Origin: an uncultured Pseudomonadota bacterium
Lineage (GTDB): Bacteria; Pseudomonadota; Alphaproteobacteria; JACZXZ01
Reading direction: 5' to 3'
DNA: 64,000 nucleotides
NCBI GenBank assembly: GCA_963749075.1
Contig: CAVVLJ010000020.1
Location: 256,001-320,000, forward strand
How positions within the stretch are numbered: the stretch's first letter is position 1; the number at the start of each line of letters is the position of its first letter. The notes beneath the pieces are model-generated. The model made no database searches and was not told where the DNA came from. It saw only the letters and a program-made list of their open reading frames with translations. Made by a program: the position numbers and the translations under genes. Positions 32,961 to 42,712 of this stretch are shown in pieces.

Positions 32961-33230
32961 ATGGCAGGAAAGTACAACATGCTGCGCGTGCATCTGAAAC
33001 TCTTGACGGATGCCTCGGTCGTCTTGACCTTCAACGAAATTGAAAAACTGATGGGCGGACCTCTGCCGCCCGCCGCGAGATCGCACCTCGAATGGTGGGC
33101 AAACGAGGCGATCCCGACCAGAGGTCATCCCCAGTGTCACGCCTGGCGCGATACGGGCTACAACGCCTATCCGAACCTGACTGCGGAGACCGTAACCTTC
33201 CGGCGCTCGCCGGAAGGCCGCCGCAATTGA
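32961..33230 (+). CDS. Small conserved hypothetical protein (DUF7662-like)
   Basis: KY..L...LTFNEIE..G..LP..A....WWAN.....H.Q..AW...GY pattern; RBS GGAGG. Confidence 0.7.
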   Translation: MAGKYNMLRVHLKLLTDASVVLTFNEIEKLMGGPLPPAARSHLEWWANEAIPTRGHPQCHAWRDTGYNAYPNLTAETVTFRRSPEGRRN

Positions 33231-33460
33231 TCCCGCGCCTCCGTCCCGGGGCTGCCGGCGAGCTCTCCCTCGCGGGGCACCCGCACGAGAGGCACATCGA
33301 GCGGGAGGTTCGCCCGCGCGCGGCTTAGGGCGGAATCCGAGCAAGCCGAAACACCCGTCGTCACCGCCGCCAAAGCGCTACGGGATTCACGCGGATCCGA
33401 AGATCGCTGGCAAATCACGGCGCCGCGCAGTGCAGAGGCGCCTCGGACTGAGTGCGGTGG

Positions 33461-33571
33461 GTCCTTCGAGACGCTCGCTGCGCTCGCTCCTCAGGACGAG
33501 GTGAAGTCTTTCTGCCATACACGAAATCGCCTCATCCTGAGGAGCGCCCCGAAGGGGCGCGTCTCGAAGGA
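33461..33571. repeat. Palindromic intergenic repeat, family B copy 2
   Basis: Near copy of 17806-17919 in the same orientation. Confidence 0.85.
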
Positions 33572-33617
33572 GCCCCGGTGGCACTGCAAGCCTTCTCGAG
33601 ATGCGTGAACGCCGTAG

Positions 33618-33669
33618 CGCGAAAGCGGGGGTCCACAGGCTGCTGGATTCCCGCTTTCGCGGGAATGAC
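33618..33669. repeat. REP-like palindrome, family C (CTGGATTCCCGCTTTCGCGGGAATGAC)
   Basis: One full arm plus a partial complementary arm GCGAAAGCGGGGGTCCA. Confidence 0.7.
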
Positions 33670-33706
33670 GCTGCAAACACCTGATGAGACTTGCGCGGAT
33701 CACCCT

Positions 33707-34138
33707 CTAGCCCGGCTCCCAGCCCGGCGGCGCCAGCTCGAAGCCGGCGAAGCTGAAGGCGGGCGCCACCGTGCAGCCGACGAGGCTGTAGGCGCCGAGC
33801 GTTGCCGCACTCTGCCAGACGCGCGCGGGCACGGCGATCTGCGGCCGCTCGCCGGCAAGCAAATCATTGCCGAGCTTATGGCTGAAGGGCGTGCCGCCCT
33901 CCGCCGAGAGTGCCAGCGACAGGGCCGCTCCCGCGTGGAAGTGCCAGATCTCGACCGCGTCGATGCGGTGCCAGTGGGAGCGCTCGCCGGCCTTGAGCAG
34001 ATAATAGATGGCCGTCACCGCACCGCGCGCGCCGCCCGCGCCGTGGTCGCGGAAGATTTCGCGGTAGTGCCCGCCCTCCGGATGCGGGACGAGGCCGAGC
34101 GCGCGGACGATCGCCTCGGCCTCGTCTCTCAAGGGCAT
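33707..34138 (-). CDS. Cupin domain protein (DUF985/Cupin_5)
   Basis: PHPEGGHYRE, SHWHRID, GCTVAPAFSF. Confidence 0.9.
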   Translation of the reverse strand: MPLRDEAEAIVRALGLVPHPEGGHYREIFRDHGAGGARGAVTAIYYLLKAGERSHWHRIDAVEIWHFHAGAALSLALSAEGGTPFSHKLGNDLLAGERPQIAVPARVWQSAATLGAYSLVGCTVAPAFSFAGFELAPPGWEPG

Positions 34139-34142
34139 CGGG

Positions 34143-34745
34143 CTATTCCTTGGGAACGGTCGCCTGCATGGAGGGGCGTTTGGCGAAGCGCTCGTACCAC
34201 GCCGCGAGGTTCGGCGCCGCCGGCCGCCAGGGCTCGTGCGTGAAGCGGTAATCGAGATAGCCGCAGACCACGCCCGCCGCGATCTGGCCGATGGTCACCG
34301 CCTCGCCCCAGCTTGCGGCCTCGCTCTCGAGGGCGGCCAAGCCGCGCCTCATCGCGGCGGCCTGGCGCTCGATCCAGGCCTTGTCCTGCTGCGCGGGCGG
34401 CCGCTGGCTCTCGTGGCGCCTCAAAATCGCCGCATCGAGCACGCCGTCGGCGAGCGCCTGCAGCTTGAGCGCCTGCCAGCGCGCCGGCCCCGCCGCGGGG
34501 AACAGCTTGGCGCCTCGATTGAGGCTGTCGAGATACTCGCAGATCACCGGCGAATCGTAGAGTGCCGTGCCCTCGTCGGTGACGAGGGCCGGGATCTTGC
34601 CGAGTGGATTGACCTCTGCGATGTCGGTGTCCGGCGCATGCACCATGGTGCGGACGCGCTCGATGCGCCCCTCGAGACCGGCCTCGTAGGCGGCCACCAC
34701 CACCTTGCGCGTATAGGGCGAGATCGGCCCGTAGCGGAGCTTCAT
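34143..34745 (-). CDS. Glutathione S-transferase family protein
   Basis: SPYTRKV, NPLGKIPAL, YDSPVICEYLD. Confidence 0.9.
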   Translation of the reverse strand: MKLRYGPISPYTRKVVVAAYEAGLEGRIERVRTMVHAPDTDIAEVNPLGKIPALVTDEGTALYDSPVICEYLDSLNRGAKLFPAAGPARWQALKLQALADGVLDAAILRRHESQRPPAQQDKAWIERQAAAMRRGLAALESEAASWGEAVTIGQIAAGVVCGYLDYRFTHEPWRPAAPNLAAWYERFAKRPSMQATVPKE

Positions 34746-34764
34746 CCAAGACCTCCAGGTGCTG

Positions 34765-35535
34765 TCAGAAATTGTCCTTGCGCAGGCGCACCTCGGCGAA
34801 GACGGCGACCGCGTCCGAGCCGGCAAGCCCGATGGTCTCGGCGATGCCCGGCTCGTCGGCGCGCAGGAAGGGATTGGTCGCCCGCTCCTCGGCGATCGTC
34901 GAGGGGATGGTCGGCAGCCCCTTGGCGCGCGCCGCGTCGACGGCCTTGGCGCGCGCCTGGAGTGCGGCGTTCGCGGGCTCGACCGTGAGGGCGAAGCGCG
35001 CGTTCGACTGGGTGTACTCGTGCCCGCAATAGACGCGCGTCTCGGGCGGCAGCGCCTTGAGCCGGCCGAGGGAGTGCCACATTTGCGCGGCCGTGCCCTC
35101 GAAGGTGCGGCCGCAGCCGATGGCGAAGAGCGTGTCGCCGCAGAAGACCGCCGCGGATTCGGGGAACCAGAAGGCGATGTGGCCGCGCGTATGGCCAGGG
35201 ATGAAGAGGATGCGCGCCTCGGCTTGGCCGAGCCGCCAGCTCGCGCCGTCGTCGAGTGCCACGTCGATGTTGGGGATGCGCCCCTCGTCCGCCTTGGGCC
35301 CGACGACGATGGCGCCCGTCGCCGCCTTGAGCGCCGGATTGCCGCCCGTATGGTCCCAGTGGTGGTGGGTGTTGAGGATGTGGGTGAGCTTCCAGCCGTG
35401 CTGGGCGAGCGCCTTCATCACCGGCTCGGCCTCGGAGGGATCGACGACGCCCACGGCGCCCGTGGCCGTGTCGCGCAGCAGATAGGCGTAATTGTCCCTG
35501 AGGCAGGGAACGAGGACGATTTCGAGGACGGACAT
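34765..35535 (-). CDS. gloB: Hydroxyacylglutathione hydrolase
   Basis: THHHWDHTGG, GHTRGH, GDTLF, CGHEYT. Confidence 0.95.
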   Translation of the reverse strand: MSVLEIVLVPCLRDNYAYLLRDTATGAVGVVDPSEAEPVMKALAQHGWKLTHILNTHHHWDHTGGNPALKAATGAIVVGPKADEGRIPNIDVALDDGASWRLGQAEARILFIPGHTRGHIAFWFPESAAVFCGDTLFAIGCGRTFEGTAAQMWHSLGRLKALPPETRVYCGHEYTQSNARFALTVEPANAALQARAKAVDAARAKGLPTIPSTIAEERATNPFLRADEPGIAETIGLAGSDAVAVFAEVRLRKDNF

Positions 35536-35643
35536 GGCGTGCCCTGCAGCTGGATTTGCGGAAGCCGACGTTAGCACAAGCGCGCGGCGCTGCCAGCCGA
35601 TGTGTTGGGCTGATCGAGGCGTCAATCCGGTTGCGACGCCGGT

Positions 35644-36669
35644 TCAGCCGCCGGTGACGCTCATGTGGCGGGGGACGGCCGGGCGGATGGCTCTGCGGTC
35701 CATGACGAAGTCGTGACCCTTGGGCTTGCGCCGGATCGCCTCGCGAATCGCGGCGACGAGTTGAGCATCGTCATCGGACGCGCGCACCGGCGCGCGCAGG
35801 TCGGCGGCGTCCTCCTGCCCCAGGCACATGAAGAGGATGCCTTTGCAAGTCAGCCGTACCCGATTGCATGACTCGCAGAAGTTGTGGGTCATCGGCGTGA
35901 TGAAGCCGATCCGCCCGCCCGTCTCCCTGGCGGTGAAGTATCGGGCCGGCCCGCCCGTACGGTAGTCGGTCTCCTCGAGCGTATAGCGCTCGGCCAGCCT
36001 GGCGCGCAGCATGGAGAGCGCGAGGTACTGGTCGAGCCGGACCGCGCCTCCGATCTCCCCCATCGGCATGACTTCGATGAAGGTGATGTCGTGGCCTTCG
36101 CCGTGCGCCCAGGCGACGAGCCCCGCAGCCTCGTCGTCGTTGACGCCCTTGAGCGCCACCACGTTGATCTTGATGGCGAGCCCTGCGGCCTTGGCCGCCG
36201 CGATGCCGTACAGTATGCGCTCGAGCTTGCCCCAGCGCGTGATCGCCGCGAATTTGGCGGGCTCGAGCGTGTCGAGCGACACGTTGACCCGGCGGACGCC
36301 GCAGTCTCGCAGCTCGCCGGCGTAGCGCGCGAGCTGGCTGCCGTTCGTGGTGAGCGTCAGCTCCGCGAGCGCGCCGCTGTGGACGAGCCGTCCCAAGCCA
36401 CGGAAGAGACTCATGATGTTGCGCCGGACGAGCGGCTCGCCGCCGGTCAAGCGAAGCTTACTGACCCCGAGCCGTACAAAGGCGGCACACACCCGCTCGA
36501 GCTCCTCCAGACTCAGGATCTCGGCCCTGGGCACGAAAGTCATGTCCTCCGCCATGCAATAAACGCAACGGAGGTCGCAGCGATCCGTCACCGAGACCCT
36601 GAGGTAGGTGATCCGGCGTTGGAACGGGTCGATCATCCAGTCCCCGCGCGCAACGCCCAGGCTATCCAT
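35644..36669 (-). CDS. moaA: GTP 3',8-cyclase (molybdenum cofactor biosynthesis)
   Basis: [18 protein letters not shown]-terminal GG. Confidence 0.95.
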   Translation of the reverse strand: MDSLGVARGDWMIDPFQRRITYLRVSVTDRCDLRCVYCMAEDMTFVPRAEILSLEELERVCAAFVRLGVSKLRLTGGEPLVRRNIMSLFRGLGRLVHSGALAELTLTTNGSQLARYAGELRDCGVRRVNVSLDTLEPAKFAAITRWGKLERILYGIAAAKAAGLAIKINVVALKGVNDDEAAGLVAWAHGEGHDITFIEVMPMGEIGGAVRLDQYLALSMLRARLAERYTLEETDYRTGGPARYFTARETGGRIGFITPMTHNFCESCNRVRLTCKGILFMCLGQEDAADLRAPVRASDDDAQLVAAIREAIRRKPKGHDFVMDRRAIRPAVPRHMSVTGG

Positions 36670-36690
36670 CGATGATTCCCCGAAGAGAGG

Positions 36691-36722
36691 TGCCGCGCGG
36701 GATCCTGGGATCCCGCGCGGCA
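36691..36722 (-). terminator. Strong hairpin between aioA and moaA
   Basis: TGCCGCGCGGGATCC-TG-GGATCCCGCGCGGCA; no U tract, so it may stabilise or attenuate the mRNA. Confidence 0.55.
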
Positions 36723-36735
36723 GGAGCGCGCGCGC

Positions 36736-39195
36736 CTATGACACGCGATAGCCCATGGATTTGAATGTCAGCTGCTTCGTGACCTCAGGGGCAGAGGCGA
36801 TTTTCCGGATATTTCCCCAGGTCTGCTTGTAGTTCGGGATGATCAGCTCGTTCACCCCCTTCGATACCACGTCGCCTTGCACGCCCATCGGATTGGCGAA
36901 CAGCATGAAGGCCTGTTTCCGCTTCGCCGTCGGCGTGGGATAGACCATCGCTTGGGTCGAGCCGTTGTCGTTGTACACCTCGACCAAGTCGCCTTGGCCA
37001 ACCCCAAGCTCCTTCATATCGTCGGGATTCATTTCGATGAAGGGGAGCGGCCAGCGTCCCATCACGAAGTCGTTCTGCTGGTCGAGGTACGCCGATTGCC
37101 AAATATGGTTGGTGCGGCCGTTGTTGATGAGGAAAGCGAACTTGTCCTTCTCGGCCTGCTTGCCGGGCGCTTCGAGGCCGCGCCACTGGGTCGCCATGAA
37201 ATGGGCCTTGCCGTCCTTGGTGCCGAACTTGCCGTCCGTGTAGAGGCGCCTGGTGCCGACGATCTTGTCGTTCTCGAAGCCGGTCGCCGGCTCCTGGAAG
37301 CCGTTCGTGCCCATGGCGCGCAGGCGCGCGTAGGTCACGAATTGGCCGCCCGTGGCATGCTTGTGGTAGCCGTCCATGAAGGCGTCTTCCTCGGTCTTCC
37401 AGTCATACCCCCGGAACTTGTCGGCGACGGCCGCCTTGCCGGCCTTGCGCCAGGAGCGCTCGAGCGCCTGGGCAAGCCCGGCCACGATCAAGGAGTCGGG
37501 TCTCGCATTGCCGGGCGGGTCCATGTAGCGCTCGGTCAGGCGCATGCGCCGCTCGCCGTTCATCGATGTCAGGTTCGCCTCGCCCGAGGTGGCCGCCGGC
37601 AGGAGGACGTGGGCAGCCTGGCCGATCTTGGTCGGGATGAGGTCAACGTCGACGACGAAGAGACCGCCCTTCCCGAGCGCGCCCATGATGGCATTGATCT
37701 GGGCTTCGCGGTCGCCGTAGGGCACCGCCGACATGGCATCCTTCACCATGTCCGTGCGGCGCTTGTAGACGTTCTTGAACTCGAGGGCGTTGAGCGTCGT
37801 CTTGTAGTGATCGCAGCCCCAGATGTGATGCACGCCGCCCTTGCCGCCGATGAGGAGCTGGTCGATGTAGACGGCCGGCCGGCCGCCGGGATAGTCCGGC
37901 CGGACATAGCCCTCCTGGTGACCGCCCATGCGGACGCATCCGCCGCCTGGACGGCCGATGTTGCCTGTGGCCAGCGCCAGATTCACCAGGGCGCCGTTGG
38001 TTCGGTAGTTGTCGTTGCCCCAGATCAGGCCTTTCTCGTAGGAGAACATCGTACGGCGGCGCTTGCCGTCCTTGGGCTCTGCGATGAAAGCCGCCGCGCG
38101 CTCCATCTGCTGCACCGTCAAGCCGGTAATCTTTGCCGCGTCCTCGAGGGTGGTCCGGTTGGCTTTGAGCATCTCGTCGAAGCCGGAGGTGTGCTCGGCG
38201 ATGAACGCCTTGTCGATCCAGCCCTTCTCCACGACGTAAGTCAGCAGCGCATTGAAAAGCACAAGATCGGTCCCCGAATTGATCGGGAGATGCAACATGC
38301 GATCCTTGCCTGCCTCAACCTCGCAGGCATTGACGGTGACGGTGCGGCGAGGATCGACGATGACGATGCGAGCGGCCGCATGCGCCTCGCCTGGTATCTC
38401 GGCTTTCTTCTTGTCGAGCAATTCGCCGCGCAGGTTCGGGATCCAGTGGTTGAGAAAATAATTGGTCTGCGTCTCGAGAGTGTTCGTGCCGACGGCGAAG
38501 ATGGTGTCTGCCAGCTCGGCATCCTCGTAGCAGTTGTTGAGCTCGCCGACTCCCATGTCGCGCGTGGCATGAACTTCCGAATTGTAGGCGGGCCGATTGT
38601 GGATGCGGATGTTCTTGATCTTCATGCTCTCGAAATAGAGCTTGCCGGTGGCCCACGTGTTCTCGTAGCCGCCGCCCGCGCCGCCGTGGTCGTAGGCGGA
38701 CACGATCAGGCCGTCCTCGCCTTGGATCTCGACCACGCGGCGCGTCACCTCCGCGACCAGCTCGAGCGCGTCGTCCCACGACGTGGGATAGAGGCCGCCG
38801 TATCGCCAAACCATCGGGTCCGTCAGCCGTTGAGCCTGAGTGCCGGTCGTCTCCGAGAACGACATTTCCGCGATGCGCGCGCCGCGAATCGAGCCGAGAC
38901 CGGAATTCACGACGCAGTCGTGATCGGGCTTGACCACGAGATGCACATCCCGGCCGTTCTGCTTGACGATGTTGTACATGGAGGGCGAGAACCAATTCGC
39001 GGTCATGGCACCCTGCTGCTGCGACAGATCCGCGCCGAAGGCATTGAGGGAGGGCGCGGTTCCGCCCTGTCTGTCGATGTCCCAGCTGTACGCCTTGTAG
39101 CCGCAGCCGACGATGCAATAGTGGCAGACGACATTGTGGACCTTGGCGTCCTTGGGCGGGATGGGAAGGCGGTCGATGTTTCGTTTGTAGGTCAT
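36736..39195 (-). CDS. aioA: Arsenite oxidase large (molybdopterin) subunit
   Basis: CHYCIVGCGY [3Fe-4S] motif, GLGSIRG, HNRPAYNSE, YEKG. Confidence 0.97.
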   Translation of the reverse strand: MTYKRNIDRLPIPPKDAKVHNVVCHYCIVGCGYKAYSWDIDRQGGTAPSLNAFGADLSQQQGAMTANWFSPSMYNIVKQNGRDVHLVVKPDHDCVVNSGLGSIRGARIAEMSFSETTGTQAQRLTDPMVWRYGGLYPTSWDDALELVAEVTRRVVEIQGEDGLIVSAYDHGGAGGGYENTWATGKLYFESMKIKNIRIHNRPAYNSEVHATRDMGVGELNNCYEDAELADTIFAVGTNTLETQTNYFLNHWIPNLRGELLDKKKAEIPGEAHAAARIVIVDPRRTVTVNACEVEAGKDRMLHLPINSGTDLVLFNALLTYVVEKGWIDKAFIAEHTSGFDEMLKANRTTLEDAAKITGLTVQQMERAAAFIAEPKDGKRRRTMFSYEKGLIWGNDNYRTNGALVNLALATGNIGRPGGGCVRMGGHQEGYVRPDYPGGRPAVYIDQLLIGGKGGVHHIWGCDHYKTTLNALEFKNVYKRRTDMVKDAMSAVPYGDREAQINAIMGALGKGGLFVVDVDLIPTKIGQAAHVLLPAATSGEANLTSMNGERRMRLTERYMDPPGNARPDSLIVAGLAQALERSWRKAGKAAVADKFRGYDWKTEEDAFMDGYHKHATGGQFVTYARLRAMGTNGFQEPATGFENDKIVGTRRLYTDGKFGTKDGKAHFMATQWRGLEAPGKQAEKDKFAFLINNGRTNHIWQSAYLDQQNDFVMGRWPLPFIEMNPDDMKELGVGQGDLVEVYNDNGSTQAMVYPTPTAKRKQAFMLFANPMGVQGDVVSKGVNELIIPNYKQTWGNIRKIASAPEVTKQLTFKSMGYRVS

Positions 39196-39205
39196 AGTGT
39201 CCTCC

Positions 39206-39736
39206 CTATGCCTTCAGGACGTTGCTGAGGCGGCCATAGATCAGCTCGTCGACCGCGATCGCGTGGATGTCGCCCTTTTCGTCCACCCGTAACTTGAATT
39301 GCGGAAGGTTCTGCGTCGCCTGCCCCCAGATTTCCTGGCCGCCCTTCTCGCAGTCGAAGCGCGAGTAGTGGCCCGGACAGTTGAGCGTCTTGTCCGCCGC
39401 CACGTAGTTGAGGGGAAACCCCTTGTGCGGGCAGATGATCGAGAAAGCGACGACGTCCCGCTCCGGGCCTACGCCGCCCTCGACCGCGTGGCCGAGCTTG
39501 AGGAGAACGCCCGGCGAGTCCGCGTCCGGATAGGCGATGGAGACCGGCTGGTCGACTTTGAGGTCCTTCAGGCTAGCGAGCCGCTTGCTCGGATAATTGA
39601 CCCGCGCCAAGGAAGGCGCCGCGACCGCGTCCCCCGCGGGCGCCATGGTTGCCGCCACGCCTGCGGCAGCCGCCGCCGCCCCGCCGCGCAGGAATTGACG
39701 CCGTCCTAGATCGACGAGCTTGTCGCATTGGCGCAT
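39206..39736 (-). CDS. aioB: Arsenite oxidase Rieske subunit
   Basis: Tat signal GRRQFL, CPHKG and CPGHYS Rieske motifs, LIYGRLSNVL. Confidence 0.96.
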   Translation of the reverse strand: MRQCDKLVDLGRRQFLRGGAAAAAAGVAATMAPAGDAVAAPSLARVNYPSKRLASLKDLKVDQPVSIAYPDADSPGVLLKLGHAVEGGVGPERDVVAFSIICPHKGFPLNYVAADKTLNCPGHYSRFDCEKGGQEIWGQATQNLPQFKLRVDEKGDIHAIAVDELIYGRLSNVLKA

Positions 39737-39777
39737 GCGTTCCTCCCTTTGCCAAAGCTGCTTGCGCAAAGAGGCCT

Positions 39778-39793
39778 AGCACTCGCCATGCCA
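39778..39793 (-). promoter_or_regulatory. Sigma54 (-24/-12) promoter of aioBA
   Basis: TGGCATG-GCGA-GTGCT on the minus strand, about 40 bp upstream of aioB. Confidence 0.8.
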
Positions 39794-39856
39794 CCGGGCT
39801 GGATCCGTCAAGCTTTTGAAATAGAAGGAAATTCAGCCGTAGATCTGGAGCAAATC

Positions 39857-39903
39857 GTCTGGATTTCCGAACGCCGCGGCGAGCCATGTTCGAGAAACGG
39901 AAC
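39857..39903. promoter_or_regulatory. Two putative AioR enhancer sites (39857-39872, 39888-39903)
   Basis: GTCTGGATTTCCGAAC and GTTCGAGAAACGGAAC, imperfect 16-bp palindromes upstream of the sigma54 site. Confidence 0.6.
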
Positions 39904-39930
39904 GCGCTGCGCCGGGAGCGGGCCGGCCGC

Positions 39931-41268
39931 TCAGACCGCCTCGTCGGTGGAGATGCCGAGCTTCCTCATTTTCTCCCAAAGCGTGGTTCGCGAGACCGCA
40001 AGGATCTCGGCTGCCTTGCCGACCTGGCCCGCGGTGCGCTCCAAGGCGGCCATGATGTGCCGCCGCTCGGCCTCCTGGCGCGCCGCGGCGAGGGAGGGGA
40101 TTTCCTGCGACGGCCCGTCATGGTGATGGCGAACGGGAAAGAGGTCGGCCGCGGCGAGCCATGGGCCGGCGGCAAGCGCCACCGCCCGCTCCGCGCGGTT
40201 CCGGAGCTCGCGGACGTTGCCGGGCCAGTCGTGGCCGAGTGCCGCCGACTCGGCGCCCGTGGTCAGCCCGCGGACCTCTGAGTGCATGGCTAAGGCGAAA
40301 TAAGCGACGTATTTCTGGAGCAGCGGCAAGATGTCGTCCGCGCGCTCGCGGAGCGGTCCAATGTGCACCGGGATCACGTTGATGCGGTAATACAAATCCT
40401 GACGGAACTCGCCCGCGCGAACGAGCCGGTCGAGCTCGGCGTTCGTCGAGCACACGAGGCGGGCCGCGAACTGGATCGGCTTCTCTCCCCCCAGCCGAAG
40501 GAAAACGCGCTCCTGCACGAGGCGCAGGAGCTTGGCTTGAACTGGCGGCGGCAATTCGCAAATCTCGTCGAGGAAAAGGATCCCGTCGCGAGCGCGCTCC
40601 GCGTAGCCCTCGTGCCGCACGTGGGCGCCCGTGAAAGCGCCTCTTTCGTGGCCAAAGAGCTCGCTCTCGAGCAGGGCGGCGGGAACTGCCGCGCAGTTGA
40701 CGGCGACGAACGGCCGGGGGGCGCGGCGCGATATCTGATGGACGAAACGTGCCGCGACCTCTTTGCCGACGCCGCTCTCGCCGGTCAGCAGCAGCGTGCT
40801 ATCGATGTCCGCGACCCGGCGGAGAAGGGCCTCGACGCGGCGCATGGCTTTGGAGGCGCCCAGCGTCCCGGGCGGTCCGCCCTCGGCAGTCGCCTTGCGC
40901 TCGAGCAGATGCTCGATGCGCGAGAGGAAGTCCTCCATGTGGAACGGCTTGGTGATGTAGTCGTCGGCGCCGGCGCGGATGAGGCGGACCGCCTGGTCGA
41001 TCTCGCCGTAAGCCGTGATGAAGAGGATCGGGCTGGCATTGAGGTCCGGCAGAGCGTCCCGGAACACCTCCTCGCCGCTCATGTCCGGCAACTTGATGTC
41101 GCATATCATCAGGTCGGGCCGCCGCTTCCGCAGCGCCTCGAGCGCCTCCTTGCCCGTATGCCACCAGACGGCATCGAAGCCTTCGAGGGTCAGCCGCTGC
41201 ACGATCGATTCCCCCATGATGGGGTCGTCCTCGAGGATTGCGATCCGTCGAGCGTTAGGCGACAGCAT
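39931..41268 (-). CDS. aioR: Sigma54-dependent response regulator
   Basis: Receiver domain, GESGVGKE, GAFTGA, WPGNVREL, HTH. Confidence 0.93.
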   Translation of the reverse strand: MLSPNARRIAILEDDPIMGESIVQRLTLEGFDAVWWHTGKEALEALRKRRPDLMICDIKLPDMSGEEVFRDALPDLNASPILFITAYGEIDQAVRLIRAGADDYITKPFHMEDFLSRIEHLLERKATAEGGPPGTLGASKAMRRVEALLRRVADIDSTLLLTGESGVGKEVAARFVHQISRRAPRPFVAVNCAAVPAALLESELFGHERGAFTGAHVRHEGYAERARDGILFLDEICELPPPVQAKLLRLVQERVFLRLGGEKPIQFAARLVCSTNAELDRLVRAGEFRQDLYYRINVIPVHIGPLRERADDILPLLQKYVAYFALAMHSEVRGLTTGAESAALGHDWPGNVRELRNRAERAVALAAGPWLAAADLFPVRHHHDGPSQEIPSLAAARQEAERRHIMAALERTAGQVGKAAEILAVSRTTLWEKMRKLGISTDEAV

Positions 41269-42712
41269 CGAGCGCCTCCTCCCGTCCCATCGGAAGCCGA
41301 ATCGTTACCGTCGTGCCCCGATCGGCCGCGGTGTCGAGCTCAATGCGGCCGCGCAACCGGCTCACCATGTGGCAGACCGTCCAGACCCCGAGGCCCAGGC
41401 GCTGGGTGGGCGCGCGCGAGACCTCCGCTGGATTTCTGTAGAGCAGCTCGATGTCGCTGGGAAGGCCGGGGCCGGCGTCGCTCACGGTCATGCGGAACTC
41501 GCGGCCGGCCACGCGCGCCTCGAACGCGACGATGCCCGCGGTCGGTGACGCCGCGCAAGCATTGAGGAGCAGATTGAGGGCGATCTGCCGGACGGCCGAG
41601 CCGTCGACATCGATTTTCTCGGGCGCGCGGTTCTGCCAAGAGAGCTCGAGGTGCCGGCGCCCCACTTCGTGCTGCAGCAGGAACTTGAGATCGTCGAGGT
41701 CCCGCCCGCGTAGCTCGTTGACGCCGGAAGCTCCCTTGTATGTGGCAAGTGCTGCCCGCACGACGTTCCCGATTCCCGACAAACCCCGCTCGAGCAAGTC
41801 CAGCGATCGGCGGCGGATCGCATCGTCGCGGCCATGCTTGCGGAGGGTATCGACGAGATTGAGCATCCCGCCGAGGGGGTTATTGACCTCGTGCGCCATG
41901 CCGGAGGCGAGCTTGCCCAGCATGGCGTACTTCTCCTGCTCGGCGAGGTGCGCGGCGAGGCTCTCGCGCTCGTGCAGCGCCCGGGCCATTGCGTTGAACT
42001 GCGCGAAGAGCTGGCCGAACTCGCTCGAGAGGCGCTTGCGATGGTGCTCGGGGATGGGCTCGATCCGGCCATCGCGGACGCGCTCGACGTAGCGGGTGAG
42101 GACGCCCAACGGATGCAGCATGCGTTTCAGCGCGAAATATCCGATCGCGGCAAAGGCGAGCGTCAAGGCGCTGTTCACCAGAATCAGCGTCAGAGATACG
42201 CGATGCCGGATGCTGAGCAGGTTCGCGATGTCGACCTCGGCGATGATGCGGCCGACGGAAAACGCCCCCTCCTTCAGCGTCCTCGCGAGCCAGGCGCGTC
42301 CCCTGCGGTCGTCGAGGACCAGCTCGTCGCCGGAGGCGAAGCGCTGCCGCAGGTCCTGGGGCACCGGGGTTTGCACCGGGAAGCGGACCGGGTCGGAAGC
42401 GGCCAGCACCGAGCCGTTCGGCAGCTCGACGATCGCGTAAAGCGCCTCGACGCCGGCGTATTGACGGCGCGCCCGGTCGAGGACGTCGAAGGCTTCCCAC
42501 GTATCTGCGCGAACGACCGCGGGGAGGACGGCCGCCGAGAGACCATCCAGGTACGCGCTCGTGAGCAGCCGCAGGTTGCTTTCCTGGTCCGCGACCAAGC
42601 GGGAAAGAACCACCTGCGAGATCATGACAGCGACGCCCACCATCAAGCCGGACACCAGCAAGGGAACCTTGAGCGTGAGCGGCCATGCGGCGATTCGCTG
42701 CAAGAGAGCCAT
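41255..42712 (-). CDS. aioS: Sensor histidine kinase
   Basis: Two TMs, HAMP, AHEVNNPLGG, NLLLNA, DAGPG. Confidence 0.92.
   Translation of the reverse strand: MALLQRIAAWPLTLKVPLLVSGLMVGVAVMISQVVLSRLVADQESNLRLLTSAYLDGLSAAVLPAVVRADTWEAFDVLDRARRQYAGVEALYAIVELPNGSVLAASDPVRFPVQTPVPQDLRQRFASGDELVLDDRRGRAWLARTLKEGAFSVGRIIAEVDIANLLSIRHRVSLTLILVNSALTLAFAAIGYFALKRMLHPLGVLTRYVERVRDGRIEPIPEHHRKRLSSEFGQLFAQFNAMARALHERESLAAHLAEQEKYAMLGKLASGMAHEVNNPLGGMLNLVDTLRKHGRDDAIRRRSLDLLERGLSGIGNVVRAALATYKGASGVNELRGRDLDDLKFLLQHEVGRRHLELSWQNRAPEKIDVDGSAVRQIALNLLLNACAASPTAGIVAFEARVAGREFRMTVSDAGPGLPSDIELLYRNPAEVSRAPTQRLGLGVWTVCHMVSRLRGRIELDTAADRGTTVTIRLPMGREEALDAVA

Noticed and set aside
33031-33297. MCLSCGC ORF as a metal-binding peptide
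   Set aside because: Antisense to the better-supported DUF7662-like gene and without further motifs
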